Sequence record: DRR723986_7125
Direction: 5' to 3' (one strand)
Length of the DNA stretch: 39,892 bases
The position numbers and the translations under genes are program-made. This document shows positions 1-7,702 of this stretch, one piece after another; within the stretch, counting starts at the first letter, position 1; the number at the start of each line of letters is the position of its first letter. Below the pieces are notes generated by a model. The model saw nothing but the letters and a program-made list of their open reading frames with translations. It had not been told where the DNA came from and searched no databases.

Positions 1-1
1 T

Positions 2-403
2 GATGACAAGTGTTGTTCGTTTGTGGCGGGCGGCTGGGGCGGTAGCGTCACTGGATTATCGAGCGTCAACGGATTCGATGCTTCAGAGAACGAGACGAGT
101 GGCTTTGTCGATTTCGAAGAACAGAAGTGGTACGAAATCAAACTACAAGTCACCGATGATCGAGTGGCTGTGTGGATTGACGATGAGCAGTGCGTGGACC
201 TTGAACGCGAGTATGCTGAGTTTGACACGAGGATTGAAGTTTTCGTTCAGCAGCCGCTGGGCGTGTGTTCATTCATGACCAAATCGGAGATCAAAGACTT
301 TCGCTGGAAACCCTTGAAGACTTCAGAGGGTAAAAAAGGATCGACAAAAGAAAAAGAATCGAAGCAGGATGCAGCAGCGAAGGGCCAACTGAAATCCAAG
401 TAA
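2..403 (+). CDS. DUF1080 (3-keto-disaccharide hydrolase-like) domain protein, 5'-truncated by window edge
   Basis: Frame is open from position 2 (DDKCCSFVAGGWGGSVTGLSSVNGFDASENET...WYEIKLQVTDDRVAVWIDD). The GGWGG..GLSS.NG.DASENET signature is typical of a planctomycete DUF1080 subfamily. Confidence 0.7.
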   Translation, partial: DDKCCSFVAGGWGGSVTGLSSVNGFDASENETSGFVDFEEQKWYEIKLQVTDDRVAVWIDDEQCVDLEREYAEFDTRIEVFVQQPLGVCSFMTKSEIKDFRWKPLKTSEGKKGSTKEKESKQDAAAKGQLKSK

Positions 404-478
404 GTGCCTAAGGTTGAAGCCATCGATCCACTCGCTCGACCTAATCAGTGAGACGCAATCAACACGCGCAATCAAGAC

Positions 479-1045
479 ATGAACCCTGAATCAAACGGAC
501 GACGGATGGACCAGGAGCGAGAAGACGAGATCTTACAGCGAGCATTCCTTGTGCCCAGCGATGAGCTGGCTGCTGAGATGATTGTTCCAGATCAGCAATT
601 CATGAAGCAAGCACTTGATCTGGCCGTTCAGGCGTTTGAGCAGGATGAAGTACCCGTCGGGGCTATTGTGGTGCACGAGAATCGCGTGATAGGTTCGGGG
701 TGGAATCAGCGAGAGTCTTTACGCGACCCAACGGCACATGCTGAAATGATTGCTATCACGCAGGCGGCTGCAACCCTTGAGAGCTGGAGACTCGAACGCT
801 GCACCCTGTACGCGACGCTGGAGCCGTGTTGCATGTGTTCGGGAGCAATTCTCCAGGCCCGAATTCCTCGAGTGGTTTACGGTGCTGCAGATCCCAAAGG
901 TGGTGCCGTTGACTCGCTTTATCAGCTACTTCGAGACTCAAGATTGAATCATCGAAGCGACGTAACGGCTGGCGTTATGGCCAGAGACTGTGGAGCGATT
1001 TTGACTGCGTTCTTCCAGGAAAAGCGACGTCAGGGTAAAAAGTAG
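479..1045 (+). CDS. tadA: tRNA adenosine(34) deaminase
   Basis: EVPVGA, DPTAHAE and TLEPCCMC zinc-deaminase motifs; C-terminal FF.EKR. The true start may be the later ATG (MDQE). Confidence 0.93.
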   Translation: MNPESNGRRMDQEREDEILQRAFLVPSDELAAEMIVPDQQFMKQALDLAVQAFEQDEVPVGAIVVHENRVIGSGWNQRESLRDPTAHAEMIAITQAAATLESWRLERCTLYATLEPCCMCSGAILQARIPRVVYGAADPKGGAVDSLYQLLRDSRLNHRSDVTAGVMARDCGAILTAFFQEKRRQGKK

Positions 1046-1047
1046 GC

Positions 1048-1731
1048 ATGAGCACTACTGAACAGGAAGAACAGCCACCCGAAATTGACCCCAGTCTCCT
1101 TGTCCGATTGCGATTGGATGCGCATCGAGTGGACCGAAAGTTCACGGATCGGCCAGAGACGTTGCCGGATGAGGCAATTCTGCCCTGTTTGAGCAGCGAA
1201 TTGAGCGGGCAACCAAAATTTGCCCAGGTCCGCGTCGCAGTTGGCGAAGATGCACTGTACTTCCAAGCCGATGTGCAGGGGAAGACGCAGTTGCCTTGGT
1301 GTCGTGAATCACGACTCGAGGACAGCGACGGGTTGCACGTTTGGATCGATACGCGAAATTCTCGAGAGATTCATCGAGCGACGAAGTTTTGTCACCGATT
1401 CGGTTTTTCGCCAATGGGCCGCGGCCCGAAAGCAGATTTGCCGTTCGTCGGCTGGGCGGCAATTAATCGAGCCCGAGAAAACCCGCCTCCACCGCCAGAC
1501 GACAACTTGGCAATTCGCGCACGGGTCGCCGATGGTCGTTATCGCTTAGTTGCCGCCCTGCACTTCAACGCATTGCACGGCCTGGACCTACGCGACTTCC
1601 CTGCAATTGGGTTTTACTTTGCCGTCTCAGATCGCGAACTTGGGTGGCAATCCTTGGCACTACAGCCTGACCTGCCCGTTATCGACAACCCAAGTCTTTG
1701 GGCGCAGTTGAAGCTACGCGAAGAGACCTAA
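1048..1731 (+). CDS. Hypothetical protein, CBM9/DOMON-like beta-sandwich
   Basis: 227-aa ORF 2 bp after tadA. Segments ALYFQADV, DGLHVWIDTR, IGFYFAVSD and DNPSLW resemble CBM9-like folds. Confidence 0.6.
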   Translation: MSTTEQEEQPPEIDPSLLVRLRLDAHRVDRKFTDRPETLPDEAILPCLSSELSGQPKFAQVRVAVGEDALYFQADVQGKTQLPWCRESRLEDSDGLHVWIDTRNSREIHRATKFCHRFGFSPMGRGPKADLPFVGWAAINRARENPPPPPDDNLAIRARVADGRYRLVAALHFNALHGLDLRDFPAIGFYFAVSDRELGWQSLALQPDLPVIDNPSLWAQLKLREET

Positions 1732-1800
1732 CCGCCCGGCGGATGCACGCAACGAGCTTGCCGGAATGGCCCGCTGGATTTGTGCAGGAGCCTTGTTGGG

Positions 1801-2034
1801 CTAATCGAACATGCAGCCCGAGCCGCATTGTGGTCGGCCACAGCCAACCTGCGGTTCTGCAGGTCCACAGACTGGCAGGTTGCCACCAGCCATGGCTGGG
1901 GCAGCAGCGACGCTCATTTGTTTCTCGAGCTTCTTCGAGCCACACTCGGTGCACTCAGGTTTTTCCTGCGCGTTGCGAATTAACAGTTCAATGTCGCTTC
2001 CGCATTTCTTACAGTGATACTCAAACAGTGGCAT
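1801..2034 (-). CDS. FmdB family zinc-ribbon protein
   Basis: MPLFEYHCKKCG...CTECGSKKLEKQMS pattern with a Cys/Gly-rich tail. Confidence 0.9.
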   Translation of the reverse strand: MPLFEYHCKKCGSDIELLIRNAQEKPECTECGSKKLEKQMSVAAAPAMAGGNLPVCGPAEPQVGCGRPQCGSGCMFD

Positions 2035-2108
2035 GACGGGATTTCAATCTACTAAGTGCTCTGGCTGAAGGGTTGAAGAAGTTTTTCAACCACCACCCTT
2101 TCTAGGAT

Positions 2109-2879
2109 ATGTCTTCGATGCGACCAGAGCAAGTTCGCGATGCGCGAGAGCTGGCGTTACCAGTCGAGCGAATTCGGCAGGTCGACATTGAGGCTGTTGA
2201 GCGCTTTGGCATGCACTCGCTGGTGTTGATGGAAAACGCTGCCCTCGGGTGCGTGAACTGGATCGAGCAGCGTCTTCCTGACGAAGGTCGGCAGCGTCGC
2301 GTCTGGTTGCTGTGCGGCAAGGGCAATAACGGCGGAGATGGATTTGCCATCGCCCGGCATCTCGCACTTAACGGATGGCGATGTGAGATTCTGTGTGCGG
2401 CAGAGCCAGCACGAATGAGTGAAGATGCGAGGCGGAATTTCGAAGTAGTCAGTTCTGCGGGTGGCGATCCTTCGACACGATTGTGGAGTCACGCTGATCA
2501 GTTGCTTGAACTGGAGTCGCCGCATCTGATCTTGGACTGCATGTTGGGCACTGGAGCCAGTGGCCCGCTTCGCCCGCCGTTTGACGGTTGGTTGGAGACT
2601 GTCCGCCACGTCTGTTCAACCGCTGGCGAAAGGGCGACTCCGTTGAAGGTGGCCGTAGATGTTCCCACCGGAATTGATGCAGAAACGGGTTCAAGCAGCC
2701 AGCGATTCGAAGCCGACGTGACGCTCACCTTCGTCGCCCACAAGCCCGCGATGCTTCTCGAAGGGGCCGGTGAGATCTTTGGCGAAGTGCACGTTGTGCC
2801 AATCGGCATTCCTAGACAGCAACTGCGTGAACTCTTTGACGAGGCCGACAACGAGCGAGGCAGCAAAGCCAACAAGTAG
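2109..2879 (+). CDS. nnrE: NAD(P)H-hydrate epimerase (stand-alone YjeF N-terminal domain)
   Basis: LMENAA, CGKGNNGGDG, DCMLGTG and AVDVPTG motifs; no fused dehydratase domain. Confidence 0.9.
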   Translation: MSSMRPEQVRDARELALPVERIRQVDIEAVERFGMHSLVLMENAALGCVNWIEQRLPDEGRQRRVWLLCGKGNNGGDGFAIARHLALNGWRCEILCAAEPARMSEDARRNFEVVSSAGGDPSTRLWSHADQLLELESPHLILDCMLGTGASGPLRPPFDGWLETVRHVCSTAGERATPLKVAVDVPTGIDAETGSSSQRFEADVTLTFVAHKPAMLLEGAGEIFGEVHVVPIGIPRQQLRELFDEADNERGSKANK

Positions 2880-2904
2880 ACGTATGCTGGCGAGCGGGTC
2901 TGGC

Positions 2905-3852
2905 TTAGCTAGATTCAGAGTCCGGGTTGGGCGGTTCGTAGTTGAACTCTTGCCATTTGACCGCATGGTCCATCGGTTCAATTCTCAATACCGTTTCGCC
3001 GTTCTGGAACAAGCGAACGGTCCCAGTAGATTGGCTGACAACGATTCCGATAGCTTTCGTGATTTGCGAAATGCCTGCGGCGGCCCAGTGACGGGAGCCA
3101 AGCCCCTTTGAAAGTGTGAGGTCGGCGTGTGAGACCTCTAGGATTTGTCGGCTCTTTTCAACGTAGCCTTCGGGCGAAACCACAAAGGCACCATCCATCT
3201 GTGCGATCTCCTTCAGGTCCTCGCGAACTTTGGGATCGAAGATGCTTCGGTTCTCGCGCTTGTAGCCCTTCAGTGGGTCGAAGCCCGAGTCCTTGCAGTG
3301 CTGGAGTACTTTTCGGGTATCGCCAACGACGAACAGTGTGCCGACTTTTTTCCCTTCCCTGCCCTCCTGGCCGATCTGGCCAGCCAAGTCGATAACGGTC
3401 TTGAGACTCTTCAGCGGAACGCTGCTCTCTAGTCGTTGGAGGTCGCGTGTGGTCAGACGGCGAAGACGGTCATCCAGTCGAATATGACTGATGGAGTCAA
3501 TCTTGCCATGTTCGAAACCACTGTAAATCGCGATCACATCACCGTTGCTTTTGAGGAACCCGTCGGCAACGGCCTCGAGCAAAGCGTGTTGGAGACGCTC
3601 AAGCAGCGGTGATTGTTCTTTGTTCAGTGGCAGAGGCAGTAGCCCAGCGGACTCAGCTCCGTCCAGGTCTTCTTCGAAGTCGGTTGCTACGATGACTTGT
3701 TCGACGTCGCTGGGGACAGTTTGACGCAGTTTTTCCCAGTCGGCGGAACCGGAAAGGAGCACGAGGACCGCATCGGCACCAGTTTGCAATGCCATCGCGC
3801 CGCCGTTTTCCAGCATGATGGTTAACTGCTTGGTCCAACGCTGCGCTGCCAT
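2905..3852 (-). CDS. Diadenylate cyclase family protein (DisA_N/DAC domain with N-terminal alpha/beta domain, DacZ-like architecture)
   Basis: EGREGKKVGTLFVVGD, KEIAQMDGAFVV, GLGSRHWAAAGIS and VVSQSTG motifs of the DAC domain. Confidence 0.85.
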   Translation of the reverse strand: MAAQRWTKQLTIMLENGGAMALQTGADAVLVLLSGSADWEKLRQTVPSDVEQVIVATDFEEDLDGAESAGLLPLPLNKEQSPLLERLQHALLEAVADGFLKSNGDVIAIYSGFEHGKIDSISHIRLDDRLRRLTTRDLQRLESSVPLKSLKTVIDLAGQIGQEGREGKKVGTLFVVGDTRKVLQHCKDSGFDPLKGYKRENRSIFDPKVREDLKEIAQMDGAFVVSPEGYVEKSRQILEVSHADLTLSKGLGSRHWAAAGISQITKAIGIVVSQSTGTVRLFQNGETVLRIEPMDHAVKWQEFNYEPPNPDSESS

Positions 3853-4068
3853 TTGCGGCCCTTAGCTAATGGTTCATGTTCGACACACTCAATGCTTGCG
3901 GCGACGTCATCCGCAACTTTCATAGCAGGTTGTTGCAGCGGAGTTCGGATTGCGACCGAGAGCCAAACTCGACCGCCTGTCGCGGCGCGCAAAACTGCTT
4001 AATGCAAATGTAGTCCGTAGGGCGCGTGCGCACAATGAGAGCTTCGCAAAAGCGCTCCGTGGATCGCT

Positions 4069-4488
4069 TTAGCAGCAACTGTCTTCTGGCGAGAGAGGCA
4101 CGCCGCGGCGACGTGGTCCTGGGATCTCGTGACCCAAGCTGACCATTTGGTTCTGTGCGTCGACGAAGACTACCTTTGGTTCGACTGGCGTAGACGGTTG
4201 GCGGTCTTCCACGAAGGAAAATGTCGCGATGATGATGATGTCGCCGGGACTGATCAAGTGAGCCGCAGCGCCGTTTGCACAGACATCCTTGCTGCCTTCG
4301 ACTCCTTCGATCGCATAAGTCTCCAGCCGGGTGCCCTGGGTCACATTCCAAACGTGAACCGATTCGTGTGGAAGTATATCGGCAGCTCTCATCAAATTGG
4401 GAGGCAGCGTCAATGAGCCTTCGTAATCCAAGTCCGCTTGCGTGACGGTGGCACGGTGGATCTTAGATCGGAGAAACTTGCGATACAT
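4069..4488 (-). CDS. panD: Aspartate 1-decarboxylase
   Basis: SKIHRATVTQADLDYEGS (Gly-Ser self-cleavage site), RLETYAI, NGAAAH. Confidence 0.96.
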   Translation of the reverse strand: MYRKFLRSKIHRATVTQADLDYEGSLTLPPNLMRAADILPHESVHVWNVTQGTRLETYAIEGVEGSKDVCANGAAAHLISPGDIIIIATFSFVEDRQPSTPVEPKVVFVDAQNQMVSLGHEIPGPRRRGVPLSPEDSCC

Positions 4489-4848
4489 TTCTTACTACCA
4501 CTGCTGGGCTTCAAAAGAGCTGAACGCTGGAACGGAAGGCGTCACGCGAGTATTTGTGTCGCCAGGAGAGCGTCGCAGCAATGCAATTGTACACAAGAGC
4601 TAGCTTGTCACCCAGGTGCTATTTTCGCGGCAATCGTCGCTCAAGCCTACCGTCACGATCGTGAGTTCGCCCAGTTAGTTTGGCGAGGCAGGTCGGCGCA
4701 GTTGCGGCATTAATGCTGCTTAGTCGCACCGGAAATATTGGCCCTACAATCGTTAGAGTCGCTCCGAGTGCGGTGTTCACGCCAGAAAGCATGGGCTCGG
4801 CAATCGCGCAGTGTTTGACTTGCCAGGAAGCCAATTAGCCTGGAATGC

Positions 4849-5619
4849 ATGAAATCAACCATGCAAAAGCCCCAAATGTTCCTGCTTCTGATGACTGTTT
4901 GCTTCGCAAGCATCAATTTGGCAGCACCCGCTTCCGCTCAGGCAAGCGACTGGATGACATGGCCATCGACCTACACCCACGATCCTGTTGAGGGGCGTCG
5001 GGTCGATCAATACGCTTTGCCTGTTGAGCCGCGAGCCCAGTTGCGGACCGATTTTCAGCGAAGCGGCATGCGGCACTACCGAAGTTCACTTCAGGCCGGG
5101 CAGTCGTCGGACAATATCCACATTGTCGAACAGTGGGGACGTCAAGTTGTCCCGTACGAGCAGTGGCGATTCCCGTACCGTCCATACGGTGTGCCCTATG
5201 GACAATGGGGGCCTCAAGCGCCCTACGGAATTATCAACAGTCAGTTCCGAGGGGACTTCCGCGGAGGCCCAATCTACGGTCAACCATTGCAGCCCGGTTA
5301 TGGCCAAGTGCCACCACAGGCCCAGACTCCCACTCAGGCTCAAGTGCCGCCGGCTCAGCATCCGGGAGTCAACAATCCGAATTGGCGTCCAGGGCATGGA
5401 AACAATGGCGTGCATCCCGGATATGGCAATCGGTATCCTGGGTACGGAAACCGATACCCAGGAAACGCTTACCCGCCGGCCAACTATGTGCCACCGCAGG
5501 GTTACCATCAGCCTGGTTTTGTACCGCCGTCGAATGGTTTCCCGCTGCAACCGAGCTATCAGGGACAGCCCTGGTTTGATGGCGACTATCCGCAAGCACC
5601 GCCACTGCGGGCTCGCTAA
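4849..5619 (+). CDS. Secreted Pro/Gly/Tyr/Gln-rich hypothetical protein
   Basis: Signal peptide (FLLLMTVCFASINLAAPASAQA), an ordered-looking N-terminal half and a low-complexity C-terminal half. Confidence 0.7.
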   Translation: MKSTMQKPQMFLLLMTVCFASINLAAPASAQASDWMTWPSTYTHDPVEGRRVDQYALPVEPRAQLRTDFQRSGMRHYRSSLQAGQSSDNIHIVEQWGRQVVPYEQWRFPYRPYGVPYGQWGPQAPYGIINSQFRGDFRGGPIYGQPLQPGYGQVPPQAQTPTQAQVPPAQHPGVNNPNWRPGHGNNGVHPGYGNRYPGYGNRYPGNAYPPANYVPPQGYHQPGFVPPSNGFPLQPSYQGQPWFDGDYPQAPPLRAR

Positions 5620-5720
5620 GCGTCTTCGTCTGATGTTGCCTGGGCACGCTTTGCTGTAGCGTGGCACCGGAATGAAAAGAAACAGCGCCAAACAACTGGG
5701 CTAAACAGGCAGATCGGAAC

Positions 5721-5754
5721 GAAAAACGGCGAGGCCCGTGAAGGTCCTCGCCGT
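5721..5754 (-). terminator. Rho-independent terminator after the UvrB/C-motif gene (possibly bidirectional)
   Basis: Stem ACGGCGAGG (5726-5734) / CCTCGCCGT (5746-5754). The A-run at 5722-5726 gives a U-tail on the minus strand. Lies between convergent genes. Confidence 0.8.
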
Positions 5755-5811
5755 AAGAGTTTTTGGACGCTTTGTTCCGGCAACGCGAATGCAGGAAGCT
5801 TTCATTAACAG

Positions 5812-6552
5812 CTAGACGTCGCTCGTTTCGCTGTCGGCAATCTTATCTCTTAACTGGGCAGCAAGCTCGTATTGCTCGGTTTCAATCGCCTGAGCGAGTT
5901 GCTCTTTCAGGCTTGGACCAATCGCAAAATCTGTGCGGATCGACTCTCGCATCTGTGTCAGTCGTTCGACGAGTTCGTCGCTCTCATACTGATCTTCCCA
6001 GCCCAAGTCTTCGAAGTTCTCTGAGATCAGATTCAGGCCTTCGGTGATTTCATCGATGGCCTCTTCGGCCCGCTGCTGTTCAATTGCGTAAAGGGCTGCG
6101 GCTTGGTAGCGGTGGAAGAGAACGAATGCGCGGTGCTGTTCGTGCTGGAACGTCCACTCTTCGCAAGGAGAATGCTCGCGGCAAAAATCCATCAACGCCA
6201 GAGTGTGGTCGGCATCTCGAACGGCCGAGTCGAAACGCTGCAGCCGTAACCATGCCATGCGTCGGTGGTAAAACTGCACGAACTCGGCATCGACATCGCA
6301 GCAGGCTTCGTCGTCGAGTTCAAAGTCTGGGGACTCGCTTTCAGCCTTTTGCAGCTTTGCGAGAACGGTTGCAAATCCGCCAGGCTTCTGGCCGTCGGGC
6401 CGTCCGGTCGTTTCCAGTTGCAGAATTCCAAGGTCCACTCGTACTTGGATGATGTCCCGATTGTCTGAACCCTGCAGCAACCGCACTCCAAGCTCATCAG
6501 CCTCAAAGGGCCAGTCGCGCAAAAGGTGGTCTAGGTGTTGATCAGAACTCAT
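5812..6552 (-). CDS. UvrB/UvrC (UVR) motif-containing protein
   Basis: C-terminal LAQAIETEQYELAAQLRDKI UVR motif; IQVRVDLGILQLE..GRPDG block. ATG at 6552 with RBS GAGGAGG at 6568-6562. Confidence 0.85.
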   Translation of the reverse strand: MSSDQHLDHLLRDWPFEADELGVRLLQGSDNRDIIQVRVDLGILQLETTGRPDGQKPGGFATVLAKLQKAESESPDFELDDEACCDVDAEFVQFYHRRMAWLRLQRFDSAVRDADHTLALMDFCREHSPCEEWTFQHEQHRAFVLFHRYQAAALYAIEQQRAEEAIDEITEGLNLISENFEDLGWEDQYESDELVERLTQMRESIRTDFAIGPSLKEQLAQAIETEQYELAAQLRDKIADSETSDV

Positions 6553-6568
6553 CGACAAGTGCCTCCTC

Positions 6569-6776
6569 GAGTGCAATTCAATCGGCCATTGGTGGTGTAT
6601 GAAACAGCCACGCAAATCCTGGTTGCACGCTCTTATGATGTGACTTTGCTAAATTTTGAAGCTCTGGTTCGCGCCGCCACGCGACTCACGGAATGAGACG
6701 ATTTGAGCCTAGCAGACCTTACACTCACGCCCCGCGGAAGGGCCAGGTTTCAGCCTGCCAATGCATTTCACTCCTC
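6569..6776 (-). ncRNA. Candidate 6S RNA (ssrS-like rod-shaped RNA)
   Basis: Nested end-to-end pairings on the minus strand: GAGUG/CACUC, AAU/AUU, UUGGC/GCCGA, UGAAAC/GUUUCA, GGCC/GGCU, a central bubble, then GUGA-UGU/ACA-UCAU and UGCUAGG/UUUAGCA. G-U pairs favour this strand. About 205 nt, with an extended -10 immediately upstream. Confidence 0.55.
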
Positions 6777-6782
6777 AACGAA

Positions 6783-6791
6783 AGTATAGCA
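6783..6791 (-). promoter_or_regulatory. Extended -10 promoter element (TGcTATACT)
   Basis: Minus strand reads TG-c-TATACT ending about 7 nt before the start of the structured RNA. Confidence 0.5.
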
Positions 6792-6948
6792 GGCTAACAG
6801 CCCGGGAGAAGGATTCGTGTCAGTACAGCTTGCCCAAGTGCGGTAGCGTGCGAAATCCAACTGAGGGTTGTAGTGAGTCTGTAGACTCTGACCGCCAGCC
6901 AATCTTTGGTTCGGAACGTGTAGACCTCCAAAAGTGGAAATTTGCCAT

Positions 6949-7668
6949 CTAGACGCGAATTCGTTGCCGTCCCAGGACTGTTGGAGCTTCCGAAATGGCC
7001 TCGCGGAAGGCATCTTCGCTAAGCCCCAGAGCACTGTAGGAACGCATAATGCCGCTTAGTCGTTGGGGAGTAATCTGGCCTTCAGCTCCCGCAACCAAGA
7101 AAACGGCTTGGATCAGGCTGATTGATTCGTTGGCATTGCGTCGCATTCCGGCGGTCGCAAAAAAGGTGCCCGTCGACAGCCCTGACACCTGTGCTTCAGA
7201 ACACGCCTGAGCCAACGCGGCTCGCTCCAATGGTTTGTTAGCGATTGCCAAATAAACCTCTTGAGCGGTTTCGATCTCCTTCTCCGACACTTTGCCATCA
7301 TCTATGCAACAAAGGGCGATCGCAGCCAACAGATCTTCAGTGAATTCGACTTCGCCGCCGCCTGCTGGACCCACGGCTGCATCAATCTGCAAGTTCTCAA
7401 GTGCCTGCGGATCGTCAGAAAATTCGGCTCTCTGGTCGGCAGGTGCAATCATCGAAACGGACAGCACGGCCGTTTCAAAAGCATCCCGACAATTCCGGCA
7501 CTCGACAAATTCATGCTTCCCACCGATGGGGATGATGGGGATAAAGTAGAGCGTCAAGAACGGACGCGACAAGCGAAGCCTAAAGTTCTGTGGTTCATCA
7601 CAAGTTGGACAACGGAACCTGCCCGTTAGTCGCGTGCTCGCCCAATCCATCGTTCCAAGTAAAAGCAT
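6949..7668 (-). CDS. Zinc-ribbon + TerB-like (tellurite resistance family) domain protein
   Basis: CPTC...FLTLYFIPIIP...VECRNC zinc ribbon; C-terminal IDDGKVSEKE and AEGQITPQ TerB-type helices. ATG at 7668. Confidence 0.75.
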   Translation of the reverse strand: MLLLGTMDWASTRLTGRFRCPTCDEPQNFRLRLSRPFLTLYFIPIIPIGGKHEFVECRNCRDAFETAVLSVSMIAPADQRAEFSDDPQALENLQIDAAVGPAGGGEVEFTEDLLAAIALCCIDDGKVSEKEIETAQEVYLAIANKPLERAALAQACSEAQVSGLSTGTFFATAGMRRNANESISLIQAVFLVAGAEGQITPQRLSGIMRSYSALGLSEDAFREAISEAPTVLGRQRIRV

Positions 7669-7702
7669 GCCGCAAACCAACTGACCAGGGACAAAGTAAC
7701 GG

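Noticed and set aside
2109-2879. NnrE lacking its NnrD partner domain
   Set aside because: Split epimerase/dehydratase genes are well known. The ORF is intact, so it is neither a pseudogene nor novel.
4653-4664. Perfect 12-bp palindrome TCACGATCGTGA in the panD divergent region
   Set aside because: About ten such palindromes are expected by chance in 40 kb (40000/4^6), and there is no second copy or other support.
4988-5691. Long alternative-frame ORFs (223, 201 and 148 aa) overlapping the Pro/Gly-rich gene
   Set aside because: They have no motifs or RBS and are expected shadows of low-complexity GC-rich coding sequence.
6553-6615. N-terminal extension of the UVR-motif ORF given in the ORF track
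   Set aside because: A strong GAGGAGG sits before ATG 6552, and the extension overlaps the structured RNA.
6725-6766. 13-codon minus-strand uORF MHWQAETWPFRGA preceded by GAGGAG
   Set aside because: The SD sits at the very predicted 5' end with short spacing, and both SD and ATG are buried in the closing stem of the 6S-like fold. It stays an alternative only if ribosome profiling shows translation.
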